Position numbers and translations under genes: made by a program. Source: Anaerolineae bacterium (lineage in GTDB: Bacteria > Chloroflexota > Anaerolineae > S140-20). From it: a stretch of 64,000 nt of DNA. Each line of letters starts with the position of its first letter. The stretch's first letter is position 1. Below are positions 36,526 through 46,099 of the stretch, one piece after another. The notes under the pieces are model-generated. The model ran no database searches. It was given only the letters and a program-made list of their open reading frames with translations, and was not told the origin of the DNA. Location of the stretch: the NCBI GenBank assembly GCA_027021705.1, contig JALUTT010000059.1:32001-96000 (forward strand). Direction: 5' to 3'.

Positions 36526-37059
36526 ATGGCAGAGAAGACCTCTCCCTTCAAGCAGATGAAGCCGCCGCGTGGGCTGCGGGCCATCCCGTGGCGGCTGCCC
36601 ATCTGGCTCTACCGGCTTCGTCTGGGCTGGCTGCTGGGGAATCGCTTCCTGCTCCTCACCCACATCGGGCGGGTGAGCGGCCGGCCCCGCCAGGCGGTGC
36701 TGGAGGTCGTCCGGCACGATCCAGAGAGCGATACGTACTACGTCGCCTCCGGCTTTGGGGAGAAGTCGCACTGGTTCCGCAACATCATGAAGACGCCGGA
36801 GGTCACCATCCAGGTAGGGCGGCGACGGATCGAGGCGGTGGCGGAGCGGTTGCCGGTCGAGGAGGCGGAGCGCGAATTGGCGGACTACGCCCGGCGCAAC
36901 CCCCGCGCCTTCCGCACCCTGACCCGCCTCCTGGGCTATCAGGTCGAGGACCTGGAGGAAGGGGCCCGCACGATGGCCCAATGGATTCCCATCGTCGCCT
37001 TCCGCCCTCGCCGGGGAAGCGGGGATCGGGAGTCACAGACTGCTGATCAACGGCGTTAA
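36526..37059 (+). CDS. Nitroreductase-family deazaflavin (F420)-dependent oxidoreductase (DUF385-like)
   Basis: LLLTHIGRVSGRPR, VASGFG..SHWFRNI..TPEVTIQVG; ATG 36526 follows AGGAGG. Confidence 0.85.
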   Translation: MAEKTSPFKQMKPPRGLRAIPWRLPIWLYRLRLGWLLGNRFLLLTHIGRVSGRPRQAVLEVVRHDPESDTYYVASGFGEKSHWFRNIMKTPEVTIQVGRRRIEAVAERLPVEEAERELADYARRNPRAFRTLTRLLGYQVEDLEEGARTMAQWIPIVAFRPRRGSGDRESQTADQRR

Positions 37060-37160
37060 ATCCACCACAGGAGCATAATAGCCCTGCTTGACCATCTCGG
37101 CCAGCCAGTGATTGGCTTGATCCAGAGAGCAGAGACCGCGTTCAACGGCCAGGACTAAAG
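37033..37160 (-). pseudogene. C-terminal relic resembling a DUF3368/PIN-domain protein
   Basis: LVLAVERGLCSLDQANHWLAEMVKQGYYAPV-; lower GC; upstream part replaced by the TetR promoter. Confidence 0.45.
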
Positions 37161-37166
37161 GGACCC

Positions 37167-37229
37167 TTGACAGGAGAAGCCTTCCGGTGTATAATGAACG
37201 CGCGTTCAGAAAAATGAACGTCCGTTCAT
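37167..37229 (+). promoter_or_regulatory. Consensus sigma70 promoter with two tandem palindromic operators
   Basis: TTGACA-17-TATAAT; TGAACGCGCGTTCA (37195-37208) and ATGAACG-TC-CGTTCAT (37214-37229). Confidence 0.9.
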
Positions 37230-37245
37230 ACCCCGGAGGTCCTGA

Positions 37246-37860
37246 ATGGCCTGGCGAGACGCCCTTCGTGAACAACGCCGGATGGCGATCCTAGAGGCGG
37301 CGGCCCGCGTCTTCGCCCGCAAGGGCTACCAGCGGGCCACGATGCGCGAAGTCGCGGCCGAGGCCGGCATCGCTCCCGGTACCATCTACCTGTACTTTCA
37401 CAACAAACGGGACCTTCTCCTGAGCATCGCCGAGCGGCTGGTGGGGGAGATCGGCCGGCTGCTGGTCCAGCCTCCCGAAGGAGAACTGCGCCCCTTCATC
37501 GCAACGCTGTTGCGCAACCAATTGGAGATGATGCGGCGCAACCGCCCCTTCACCCGCGTTCTGCTCACCGAAGTGATGACCGATGAGGCACTGCGCCGCC
37601 AGTACCAGGAGCGGGTCGTGGCCCCGGTGCTGGCCCAACTGGAGGCCCGCCTGCAGGCCGGCGTCGAGGCCGGGGAGGTCCGTCCCCTCAACGCCTCCAT
37701 CGTCACCCGCGCCATCGTGGGGGCGGTCGTCTTCCTGCTCCTCTCCGCCGGGGAGCCCTTGGGCGACTTCTTGGCCGAGGAGCGCCAGGACGAGGTGGTC
37801 GCGGAGCTGACCGACTTTTTCCTCTGTGGCCTGCAGCCGTGTAAGGGGGAGGAGGGATGA
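37246..37860 (+). CDS. TetR/AcrR-family regulator
   Basis: ILEAAARVFARKGYQRATMREVAAEAGIAPGTIYLYF. Confidence 0.95.
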   Translation: MAWRDALREQRRMAILEAAARVFARKGYQRATMREVAAEAGIAPGTIYLYFHNKRDLLLSIAERLVGEIGRLLVQPPEGELRPFIATLLRNQLEMMRRNRPFTRVLLTEVMTDEALRRQYQERVVAPVLAQLEARLQAGVEAGEVRPLNASIVTRAIVGAVVFLLLSAGEPLGDFLAEERQDEVVAELTDFFLCGLQPCKGEEG

Positions 37861-38978
37861 TCGAGCGGACGCTGACGGTAATGCGCAAGGAGTTCCTCCA
37901 CATCCGGCGGGACCCGCGCACGCTGATCATTATGTTCCTCATCCCCGTCATCCAGTTGATCCTGCTGGGCTACGCGGCCACCACCGACGTGAAGCACATC
38001 GCCACGGCGGTGCTGGACTACGACCGCTCGGCCCAGAGCCGGGAGCTGGCCGCCACCTACCAGGCGTCCAACTACTTCGACCTGGTGCGCTACGTGGACG
38101 ACGAGGAGACGCTGGCCTACCTGCTGGATCGGGGGGAGGTGCGGGCCGGGTTGATCATCCCCGCCGGCTACGGCGAAGATGTCGTCGCCGGACGCCCGAC
38201 CAACATCGCTTTCATCATTGACGGCTCCGATCCCAATGTCGCCAACACCGTCTTCTCCGCCTCCCAGTCCGTGGGGCAGGCCCACAACCTGCGACTGATC
38301 GAGCGCCGGTTCGGCACCGCCGCCGAGGACCTGCCCGGCGTCCAGGTCCACCCCCGGGTCTGGTACAACCCGGAGATGAAGAGCGTCAACTTTATGATCC
38401 CCGGCCTGATGGCGATGGTCCTCTTCCTGCTCACCACGATGCTCACCTCCCTCTCCATCGTGCGGGAGCGGGAGCGGGGGACCATCGAGCAGTTGATGGT
38501 CACCCCCATCCGGCCCATCGAGTTGGTGGTGGGCAAGGTGGTGCCCTACGTCGCCGTCGCCTTCTTCGACCTGCTGGAGGTGCTGACCATCGGCGTCTTC
38601 TGGTTCGGCGTGCCCATCCAGGGCAGCGTGTTGCTCCTGCTGGCCCTCTCGGGGGTCTTCCTGATGACCTCCCTGGGATTGGGTATCTTCGTCTCCAGCG
38701 TCGCCAACACCCAGCAGGAGGCGATGTTCATGGTCTGGCTGATGCTCTTGCCGTCCATCTTCCTGGCCGGCTTCTTCTTCCCCATCGAAGCTATGCCGCT
38801 GGCGCTGCGGATGCTGAGCTACCTCGTGCCGCTGCGCTACATGCTCGTCATCTTCCGGGGCGTCATCATGAAAGGCGTGGGGCTGGGGGTGCTGAAGGAG
38901 CAGGTCGCCGCCTTAGCCCTCTTCGGCCTCGTCATCATGGTGCTGGCCGCCACCCGCTTCCGCAAGCGGCTGGAGTGA
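37857..38978 (+). CDS. ABC-2 exporter permease
   Basis: RKEFLHIRRDPR, WYNP, RERERGTIEQLMVTP. Confidence 0.93.
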   Translation: MIERTLTVMRKEFLHIRRDPRTLIIMFLIPVIQLILLGYAATTDVKHIATAVLDYDRSAQSRELAATYQASNYFDLVRYVDDEETLAYLLDRGEVRAGLIIPAGYGEDVVAGRPTNIAFIIDGSDPNVANTVFSASQSVGQAHNLRLIERRFGTAAEDLPGVQVHPRVWYNPEMKSVNFMIPGLMAMVLFLLTTMLTSLSIVRERERGTIEQLMVTPIRPIELVVGKVVPYVAVAFFDLLEVLTIGVFWFGVPIQGSVLLLLALSGVFLMTSLGLGIFVSSVANTQQEAMFMVWLMLLPSIFLAGFFFPIEAMPLALRMLSYLVPLRYMLVIFRGVIMKGVGLGVLKEQVAALALFGLVIMVLAATRFRKRLE

Positions 38979-38993
38979 GACACGTTACCGACC

Positions 38994-39088
38994 ACCCTCC
39001 CGCAGGTCACCCGGTGGCCGGCGATAGCAATGGCCTGTCGAAAGCTGCCTATGAGGCGCTTCAGGCCATGGGGGGACCTGCGGGAGGG
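38994..39088 (-). repeat. Repeat family B, diverged third copy
   Basis: Reverse complement aligns end to end with 1327-1423; same core inverted repeat. Confidence 0.8.
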
Positions 39089-39123
39089 CCCCTGGGAATA
39101 GGTCAAGTACCTCGGAACGCCGT

Positions 39124-40053
39124 ATGGAACCTCAACCCATCATCGAGATGCGGGACCTCACCCGGGCTTTCCGGGGCAGGGTCGCCGTGGACCACCTGAA
39201 CCTGACCATCTATCGGGGCGAGATCTTCGGCCTGGTGGGGCCGGACGGAGCAGGCAAGACGACGACCATCCGCCTGCTGGCCGGCATCATGCGTCCCACC
39301 GAGGGGACGGCCATCGTCGCCGGCCACGACGTGGCCCGGGACCCGGAGGCGATCAAGACCCGCATCGGCTATATGGCCCAGCAGTTCAGCCTCTACGGGG
39401 ACCTGACGGTGCTGGAGAACCTGAACTTCTTCGCCGACATCTACGAGGTGCGCGGGCGGGAGCGGGAGGCCCGCATCGAGCGGCTGCTCCGCTTCGCCCG
39501 GCTGACGGAGTTCACCGGTCGGCGGGCCGCCCACCTCTCCGGCGGGATGCAGAAGAAGCTGGCCCTGGCCTGTGCCCTCATCCACCAGCCGGAGATCATC
39601 TTCCTCGACGAGCCCACCACCGGCGTGGACCCTGTCTCTCGCCGGGAGTTCTGGGAGATCCTCACCGAACTGCACCTGGAGGGGGTGACCATCTTCGTCA
39701 GCACGCCCTACATGGACGAGGCCGAGCGCTGCTCCCGGGTGGGGCTGATCTACGAGGGGCGGATCATCGTCTGCGACGTGCCGGGCAAGGTGCGGGGGAT
39801 GGTCCAGGGCGACCTGCTGGAACTGCGCCCTGACGACTTCCGGCGGGCGCGACAGCTTATGGAGACGCTGGAGGGGGTACTGGAGGTTCAGACCTACGGG
39901 GACCTGCTCCACGTCTTCGTAGACGATGCGGACCGGCGGCAGGAGACGGTGGCGAAGGCGCTCCGGGAGGCCGGCATCGGCTTCACCGGCTTGCGCCAGA
40001 CCCGTCCTCGAATGGAAGAGGCCTTCATCTCGTTGATCCGGCGGCAGGAGTGA
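39124..40053 (+). CDS. ABC exporter ATP-binding protein
   Basis: GPDGAGKT, LSGGM, LDEPT, STPYMDEA. Confidence 0.95.
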   Translation: MEPQPIIEMRDLTRAFRGRVAVDHLNLTIYRGEIFGLVGPDGAGKTTTIRLLAGIMRPTEGTAIVAGHDVARDPEAIKTRIGYMAQQFSLYGDLTVLENLNFFADIYEVRGREREARIERLLRFARLTEFTGRRAAHLSGGMQKKLALACALIHQPEIIFLDEPTTGVDPVSRREFWEILTELHLEGVTIFVSTPYMDEAERCSRVGLIYEGRIIVCDVPGKVRGMVQGDLLELRPDDFRRARQLMETLEGVLEVQTYGDLLHVFVDDADRRQETVAKALREAGIGFTGLRQTRPRMEEAFISLIRRQE

Positions 40054-40062
40054 GCGCGTCCT

Positions 40063-41022
40063 ATGGGGGAGCAACCGACGGCGGACCGTCACGCCATCAT
40101 CACCAAGGACCTGACGAAGAAGTTCGGTGACTTCACGGCGGTGGACCACGTCACCTTCAGCGTCCGGCGGGGGGAGATCTTCGGCTTCCTGGGGCCGAAC
40201 GGGGCCGGCAAGACGACGACCATCCGCATGCTCTTGGGGCTGCTCCGCCCCACCGAAGGGACGGCCTGGGTCCTGGGCTACGACATCCGGGGGGATGTGC
40301 GGGCGATGCGGGAGCGCATCGGCTACATGTCTCAGCGCTTCACCCTCTACCGAGACCTGACGGTGGACGAGAACCTGAACTTCTACGGCCAGGCTTACGG
40401 GGTGCGGGGGGAGCGGCTGCGGCAGCGGAAGGCGGAGATCGTCCAGATGGCCGGCCTGGTGGGGCGGGAGCGGGAACTGACGAAGAACCTGGCCGGTGGC
40501 TGGCGTCAGCGGCTGGCCCTCGGCTGTGCGATGGTCCACGAGCCGGAACTGCTCTTCCTGGATGAGCCGACGGCGGGGATGGATCCGGTCTCCCGGCGGG
40601 CCTTCTGGGACCTGCTCTACGAGCTGGCCGAGGGCGGGACCACCATCTTCGTCACCACCCACTACATGGACGAAGCGGAGCATTGCCACCGGCTGGCCTT
40701 CATCTATGCCGGGCGCATCGTCGCCCTGGGCTCCCCCCAGGAGATCAAAGAGACGGTGATGCAGGGGCAGGTGCTGGAGATTGACTGCGATCAGCCGGAC
40801 CGGGCGCTCCAGATTCTACGGACAACGGGGCACTTCGACGAGGTGGCTCTCTACGGGGCGCTCATCCACGTCGTGGCCCCGGAGGTGGATCGGTATCGGG
40901 GGGAGATTCAAGCCCTGCTGAGCGGAGAGGGCATCACAGTGCACAGCATGGATGTCATCGCCCCATCGTTGGAGGACGTCTTCATCTCCAGCGTGCGTCA
41001 ACAGGAGCAGCGGGCGGGATAA
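40063..41022 (+). CDS. ABC exporter ATP-binding protein
   Basis: GPNGAGKT, LAGGW, LDEPT, TTHYMDEA. Confidence 0.95.
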   Translation: MGEQPTADRHAIITKDLTKKFGDFTAVDHVTFSVRRGEIFGFLGPNGAGKTTTIRMLLGLLRPTEGTAWVLGYDIRGDVRAMRERIGYMSQRFTLYRDLTVDENLNFYGQAYGVRGERLRQRKAEIVQMAGLVGRERELTKNLAGGWRQRLALGCAMVHEPELLFLDEPTAGMDPVSRRAFWDLLYELAEGGTTIFVTTHYMDEAEHCHRLAFIYAGRIVALGSPQEIKETVMQGQVLEIDCDQPDRALQILRTTGHFDEVALYGALIHVVAPEVDRYRGEIQALLSGEGITVHSMDVIAPSLEDVFISSVRQQEQRAG

Positions 41023-41105
41023 GGCGGACGCTGTGATCGGTTCCTCGGGTTCCGTGTCTGCCGGACGGGGTATCTGACTGCTACATTGCTTTGTGGGAGG
41101 TCGTG

Positions 41106-42608
41106 ATGCGGAGGGTGCTGAAGATCGTCTTCGTGGTTGGGGTGCTGGCCCTCCTCGCCGGCGGCGTCGTCGGCACGGTGCGCTATTTCTCCGTCCACCC
41201 TGACCAGTGGGAGCGGCTCCTGGTGGAACTGGAGCTGAAAGAGGCCGGCCCGGCCCGGCGGGAGGGCATCGTCGCCTCCGGCTTCATCGAGGCCACCCAG
41301 GTCGCCGTCAGCAGCCAGGTCGGAGGCCGCGTCCTGGCCGTCCACGCCGACGAGGGCGAGGAGGTAGAGGCCGGTCAGGTGCTCGTCGAACTGGACCCGG
41401 CTCTCCTCGACGCCCAGATCGAGGTCGCTCGGGCGGAGATCGAGGCCGCCGAGGCCCAACTGGCCCAGATCAAGGCCGGCGTCAAGCCGGAGACCATCGC
41501 CGTGGCCGAAGCCGAACTGGAGCAGGCCAAGGTGGCCCGGGACGTGGCCCGCCAGGCCTGGGAGGATGCCCAGACGCTCCTGGAGAACCCCCAGGAGCTG
41601 GAGATGCAGGTCGCCATCGCGGCGGCCCAGGTCAAGGTGGCCGAGCACCAACTGGCCCAGGCCGAGGCCCTGCGGGACGCAGCCCAGGTGGGAGCCGACG
41701 CTTTCGAGCAGGCGATGGAGAAGATCGGCCCCGGCGGGCAGGTGGAGATCGCCAGCGGTCCCCTCCCCGCCCTCGCCCCGCTGCTCCAGCAGCTCCTCCC
41801 GCCGGAGGTCTACAAACAGGTGATGAGCGGCCAAGATGGGACCTACACCAGCGGCAACATCACCGTCGTCGTCTCCGGGGGGATCGCCACCGTCTACAAG
41901 AAGATCGGGATGCAGTTCGAGGCCCACCTGTTGCCCCTCCGCTACTGGCAGAGCAACGTCGCCGTCAACCAGGCCCAGGCCGCCCTCAAAGGGGCCAAAG
42001 CGACCCTCTATCGCCTGAACCAGCTCAAGGAGAACCCCGTCGCCCTCCAGGCCCAGGTGAACGCGGCCCAGGCCGACTACGAGACGGCGAAGGCCAGCGT
42101 CCAGGTGGCCCAGGCCGCCCTCGACGCCCTCAAGGCCGGCGCGACCGAGGAGGAGATCGCCGTCGCCGAGGCCCAGGTCGAGCAGGCCCGAGCCGCCCTC
42201 GCCTCGCTGGAGGCTCAGCGGGAGCTGCTCACGCTGACCGCCCCCCTCTCCGGCCTCGTCCTAGAGCGGGTCGTCCAGCCGGGGGAGCTGGCCGCGCCGG
42301 GAGCCACCCTCCTGACCATCGCCGACCTCAGCGAAGTGACGCTGACCATCTACGTGCCGGAGACGGCCATTGGGCGGGTGCGGGTTGGGCAGCGGGTGGA
42401 GGTGATGGTGGACACCTTCCCTGACCGGGCCTTTGAGGGGACGGTGGCCCGCATCGCCGACGAGGCCGAGTTCACCCCCCGCAACGTCCAGACGAAGGAA
42501 GAGCGGGTCAACCTGGTCTTCGCCGTCGAGGTGCGCATCCCCAACCCCGATGGGGTCCTGAAGCCGGGGATGCCGGCCGATGCGGTGATTGTGGAAGGGG
42601 AATCGTGA
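41106..42608 (+). CDS. HlyD/YbhG-like membrane fusion protein with a long hairpin and tip insertion
   Basis: ASGFIEAT, lipoyl-like halves, Ala/Gln coiled coils, AEFTPRNVQT, LKPGMPAD. Confidence 0.9.
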   Translation: MRRVLKIVFVVGVLALLAGGVVGTVRYFSVHPDQWERLLVELELKEAGPARREGIVASGFIEATQVAVSSQVGGRVLAVHADEGEEVEAGQVLVELDPALLDAQIEVARAEIEAAEAQLAQIKAGVKPETIAVAEAELEQAKVARDVARQAWEDAQTLLENPQELEMQVAIAAAQVKVAEHQLAQAEALRDAAQVGADAFEQAMEKIGPGGQVEIASGPLPALAPLLQQLLPPEVYKQVMSGQDGTYTSGNITVVVSGGIATVYKKIGMQFEAHLLPLRYWQSNVAVNQAQAALKGAKATLYRLNQLKENPVALQAQVNAAQADYETAKASVQVAQAALDALKAGATEEEIAVAEAQVEQARAALASLEAQRELLTLTAPLSGLVLERVVQPGELAAPGATLLTIADLSEVTLTIYVPETAIGRVRVGQRVEVMVDTFPDRAFEGTVARIADEAEFTPRNVQTKEERVNLVFAVEVRIPNPDGVLKPGMPADAVIVEGES

Positions 42609-42621
42609 ACCTATCCCGGAG

Positions 42622-42737
42622 GTATCTACAGCCTACCCTCCCGCAGGTCACCGGTCGAGGGCGCTTTCAGCCCCGATGGGCCATTGGAAGCACGGTTTCG
42701 CGTCGGAAACGCGCCTAACCTGCGGGAGGGTGAGCAC
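42622..42737 (+). mobile_element. MITE-like family A, copy 4
   Basis: GTATCTACAGCC...GGTGAGCAC with a perfect 8-bp direct repeat TCCCGGAG (42614-42621, 42738-42745). Confidence 0.9.
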
Positions 42738-42763
42738 TCCCGGAGATCGAAGAGGAGCAGGCG

Positions 42764-43987
42764 ATGAACAAGGCGGTTGTGTGGATCCTTCTGCTGCTGG
42801 CGTTGTTGCCCCTCGGCTGTGGGACGCCCTCGGTCGAGGCCCAAGGGCCCATTGAGGCCTCCGGCACCATTGAGGGGCGGGAGATCGTGATCGCTGCCGA
42901 GGTGGGCGGGACGGTGGCAGAGCTGGCCGTCCGCGAGGGTGACGAGGTGGCCCCGGGCGACCTTCTGCTGCGGCTGGATGACCGGATCGCTCAGGCCCAG
43001 CGGGCGGAGGCCGAAGCTGCCGTCAGGACGGCCGAGGCCAACCTGGCCCGGGTGAAGGCCGGCCCTCGCCCCCAGGAGATCGCCGCCGCCGAGGCTGCCG
43101 TGGCCGCTGCCCAGGCCCGGCGGGATGGGGCCTACACCGCCTGGCAGGACGCGCTGGCCGCCCTGGAGGCTCCCCAGGACCTGGACGTACAGATCGCCGC
43201 CGCCCAGAGCGATCTGGAGATCGCCAAGAAAGAGGTGGAACGGCTGGAACTGGAGCTGAAGGCCGTCGAGATGAAGCGCAACCTGACCGAGGAAGGCACC
43301 GACGACCGCAAGGTCCAGGATGCCGTCTGGCGGGCGACGAAGGAGGCGATTGAGGCGGCGAAGGCGAACCAGCGGGTCGTCGAAATCCGGCTCTACTGGC
43401 TGCGCAAGATGAAGGAGGAGCCGCTGAAACTCCAGGCCCAGGCCAACGCCGCCGAGGGAGCCTACCGCCTGGCCGAGGCCGCGTTGCGGGTCGCCCAGGC
43501 GAAGCTGGCCGAGGCGAAGGCCGGCCCCACCCCCGAGGAGATCGCCGTCGCCGAGGCCCAGGTGCGTCAGGCCAAAGCGGCCCTGGGGCTGTTGCAGGTC
43601 CAGCAGGAGAAGCTCACCCTCACCGCGCCGGCCGGCGGGCTGGTCAGCAGCGTCGAGGTCCACCGGGGCGAAGCGGTCCTGGCCGGCACCCCCCTCCTGA
43701 CCTTGGTGCAGCTCGACCCGGTGGTGCTGACCCTCTACATCCCCGAGGAGAAGATCGGCCTGGTGAAGGTGGGGCAGCGGGTGGAGGTCTCCGTGGACAG
43801 CTTCCCCGGTGAGACCTTCGTCGGGCAGGTCGTTCACATCGCCGAGGAGGCCGAGTTCACCCCCCGCAACGTCCAGACCAAAGAGGAGCGGGTGACCATC
43901 GTCTTCGCCGTCAAGGTCCACATCCCCAACCCCGACGGGCGGCTCAAGCCGGGGATGCCGGCCGACGCGGTGATCGTGGGGTCGTAG
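42764..43987 (+). CDS. HlyD/YbhG-like membrane fusion lipoprotein
   Basis: Lipobox-like PLGC, ASGTIEG, AEFTPRNVQT, LKPGMPAD. Confidence 0.9.
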   Translation: MNKAVVWILLLLALLPLGCGTPSVEAQGPIEASGTIEGREIVIAAEVGGTVAELAVREGDEVAPGDLLLRLDDRIAQAQRAEAEAAVRTAEANLARVKAGPRPQEIAAAEAAVAAAQARRDGAYTAWQDALAALEAPQDLDVQIAAAQSDLEIAKKEVERLELELKAVEMKRNLTEEGTDDRKVQDAVWRATKEAIEAAKANQRVVEIRLYWLRKMKEEPLKLQAQANAAEGAYRLAEAALRVAQAKLAEAKAGPTPEEIAVAEAQVRQAKAALGLLQVQQEKLTLTAPAGGLVSSVEVHRGEAVLAGTPLLTLVQLDPVVLTLYIPEEKIGLVKVGQRVEVSVDSFPGETFVGQVVHIAEEAEFTPRNVQTKEERVTIVFAVKVHIPNPDGRLKPGMPADAVIVGS

Positions 43988-43993
43988 CGCGGT

Positions 43994-45211
43994 CTACGCC
44001 CACGCCCTTTCGTCCACCATCGTCGGCGCATCCTCGGCGATGCTCCCCGCCGGAACCAACTCGATGGCGTCGGCCCGGACGCGACACAGGTCCTGGATGG
44101 CACGGCGGAGGGCCTCAACCAGCGCTTCCCGGTCGGCCTCCTCCTGGAGGAGCTCGGCCCGGATGGTCATCTCGTCCCGGTGGGCGGGGCGGGTGATGGT
44201 AGCCTGGACCCTGCCCACGCCGGCCACCTGCGCTGCGGCCGCCCGAAGCTGGTTGGGGTGCACGAACATCCCCCGCACCTTGACCGCGTCCCCCACCCGT
44301 CCCACCAGGATGATGGAGCGGTCGCGCTGGCGACTCCTCCCCGGTGCCGGGTCCACGTTGACCGCCAGATCGCCGGTGCCCAGGCGGATCAGCGGGTAGG
44401 TGGCGTTGAAGGTGGTGACGACCACCTCCCCCACATCGCCGGGGCCGACGGACCGGCCGCTTTCGGGGTTGACGACCTGGACGATGGAGGATTCCAACAG
44501 GCGCATGGGAAGGCCCCCCTCGGTGTTGTAGGCCAGGAAGCCCAGCTCTGCCGTGCCGTAGGCGTTGGTGACCCGAAGCCCGTAGCCTTCGACGAAGGTC
44601 TGCCGCAGCGAGGGGGGCAGCGGCTCGGCGGAGACGAGGACCTTGCGCAGGGCGGACCACTCGCGGAAGTCCACCCCCATCTCCTTCGCCTTCTCCAGCA
44701 GGGCCATCAGCCAGGAGGGGGTGCCGATGTAGCCGGTGACCCCCAGGTCCAGCATCATCTTGAGCTGCAGGCCGGCGTTGCCCACCCCGGCGGGGATCAC
44801 CGTTGCGCCGAGGTCCCGGAGCACCCGGTCGAGCACCAGGCCGGTGGGGATCAGGTGGTAGCCGAAGGTATTGATCACCACATCGCCCGCCCCGAAGCCG
44901 GCGATCTGAAGCACCTCGCGGACCGTGTCGGCGACGGCATCCTCCCCCGTCGAGGGCTCGTAGAGGGGGCCGGGGGAGAGGAAGACGTGTTGCAGGCGCT
45001 CCAGCGGCACCGCCAGGAAGCCACCGAAGGGGGGATCGGCCTGTTGGAGCTGGGCCAGCCGGTCCTTGCTGGTCACAGGGACCCGGTCCAGGTCCTCCAC
45101 CGTCTGGATTTGGTCCGGGGCGACACCGGCCTCGTCGAAGATGCGGCGGATGGCCGGTGCGTTCTCATAGGCGTGTTGGACGATCTGACGTAGCCGCTCT
45201 GCCAGGTCCAT
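43994..45211 (-). CDS. Phenylacetate-CoA ligase-like AMP-binding enzyme
   Basis: YGTAELG, YPLIRLGTGDL, GRVGDAVKVRGMFVHP. Confidence 0.88.
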   Translation of the reverse strand: MDLAERLRQIVQHAYENAPAIRRIFDEAGVAPDQIQTVEDLDRVPVTSKDRLAQLQQADPPFGGFLAVPLERLQHVFLSPGPLYEPSTGEDAVADTVREVLQIAGFGAGDVVINTFGYHLIPTGLVLDRVLRDLGATVIPAGVGNAGLQLKMMLDLGVTGYIGTPSWLMALLEKAKEMGVDFREWSALRKVLVSAEPLPPSLRQTFVEGYGLRVTNAYGTAELGFLAYNTEGGLPMRLLESSIVQVVNPESGRSVGPGDVGEVVVTTFNATYPLIRLGTGDLAVNVDPAPGRSRQRDRSIILVGRVGDAVKVRGMFVHPNQLRAAAAQVAGVGRVQATITRPAHRDEMTIRAELLQEEADREALVEALRRAIQDLCRVRADAIELVPAGSIAEDAPTMVDERAWA

Positions 45212-45230
45212 CGTTTCCTCCTCCCGTGAT

Positions 45231-46034
<804 letters not shown>

Positions 46035-46099
46035 GGTCTCCTTCCCACGGTGGGGCGGGGGAGCGCCCGGCGGGGGCGCTCCCCTCGCGCGTTGGGCCG

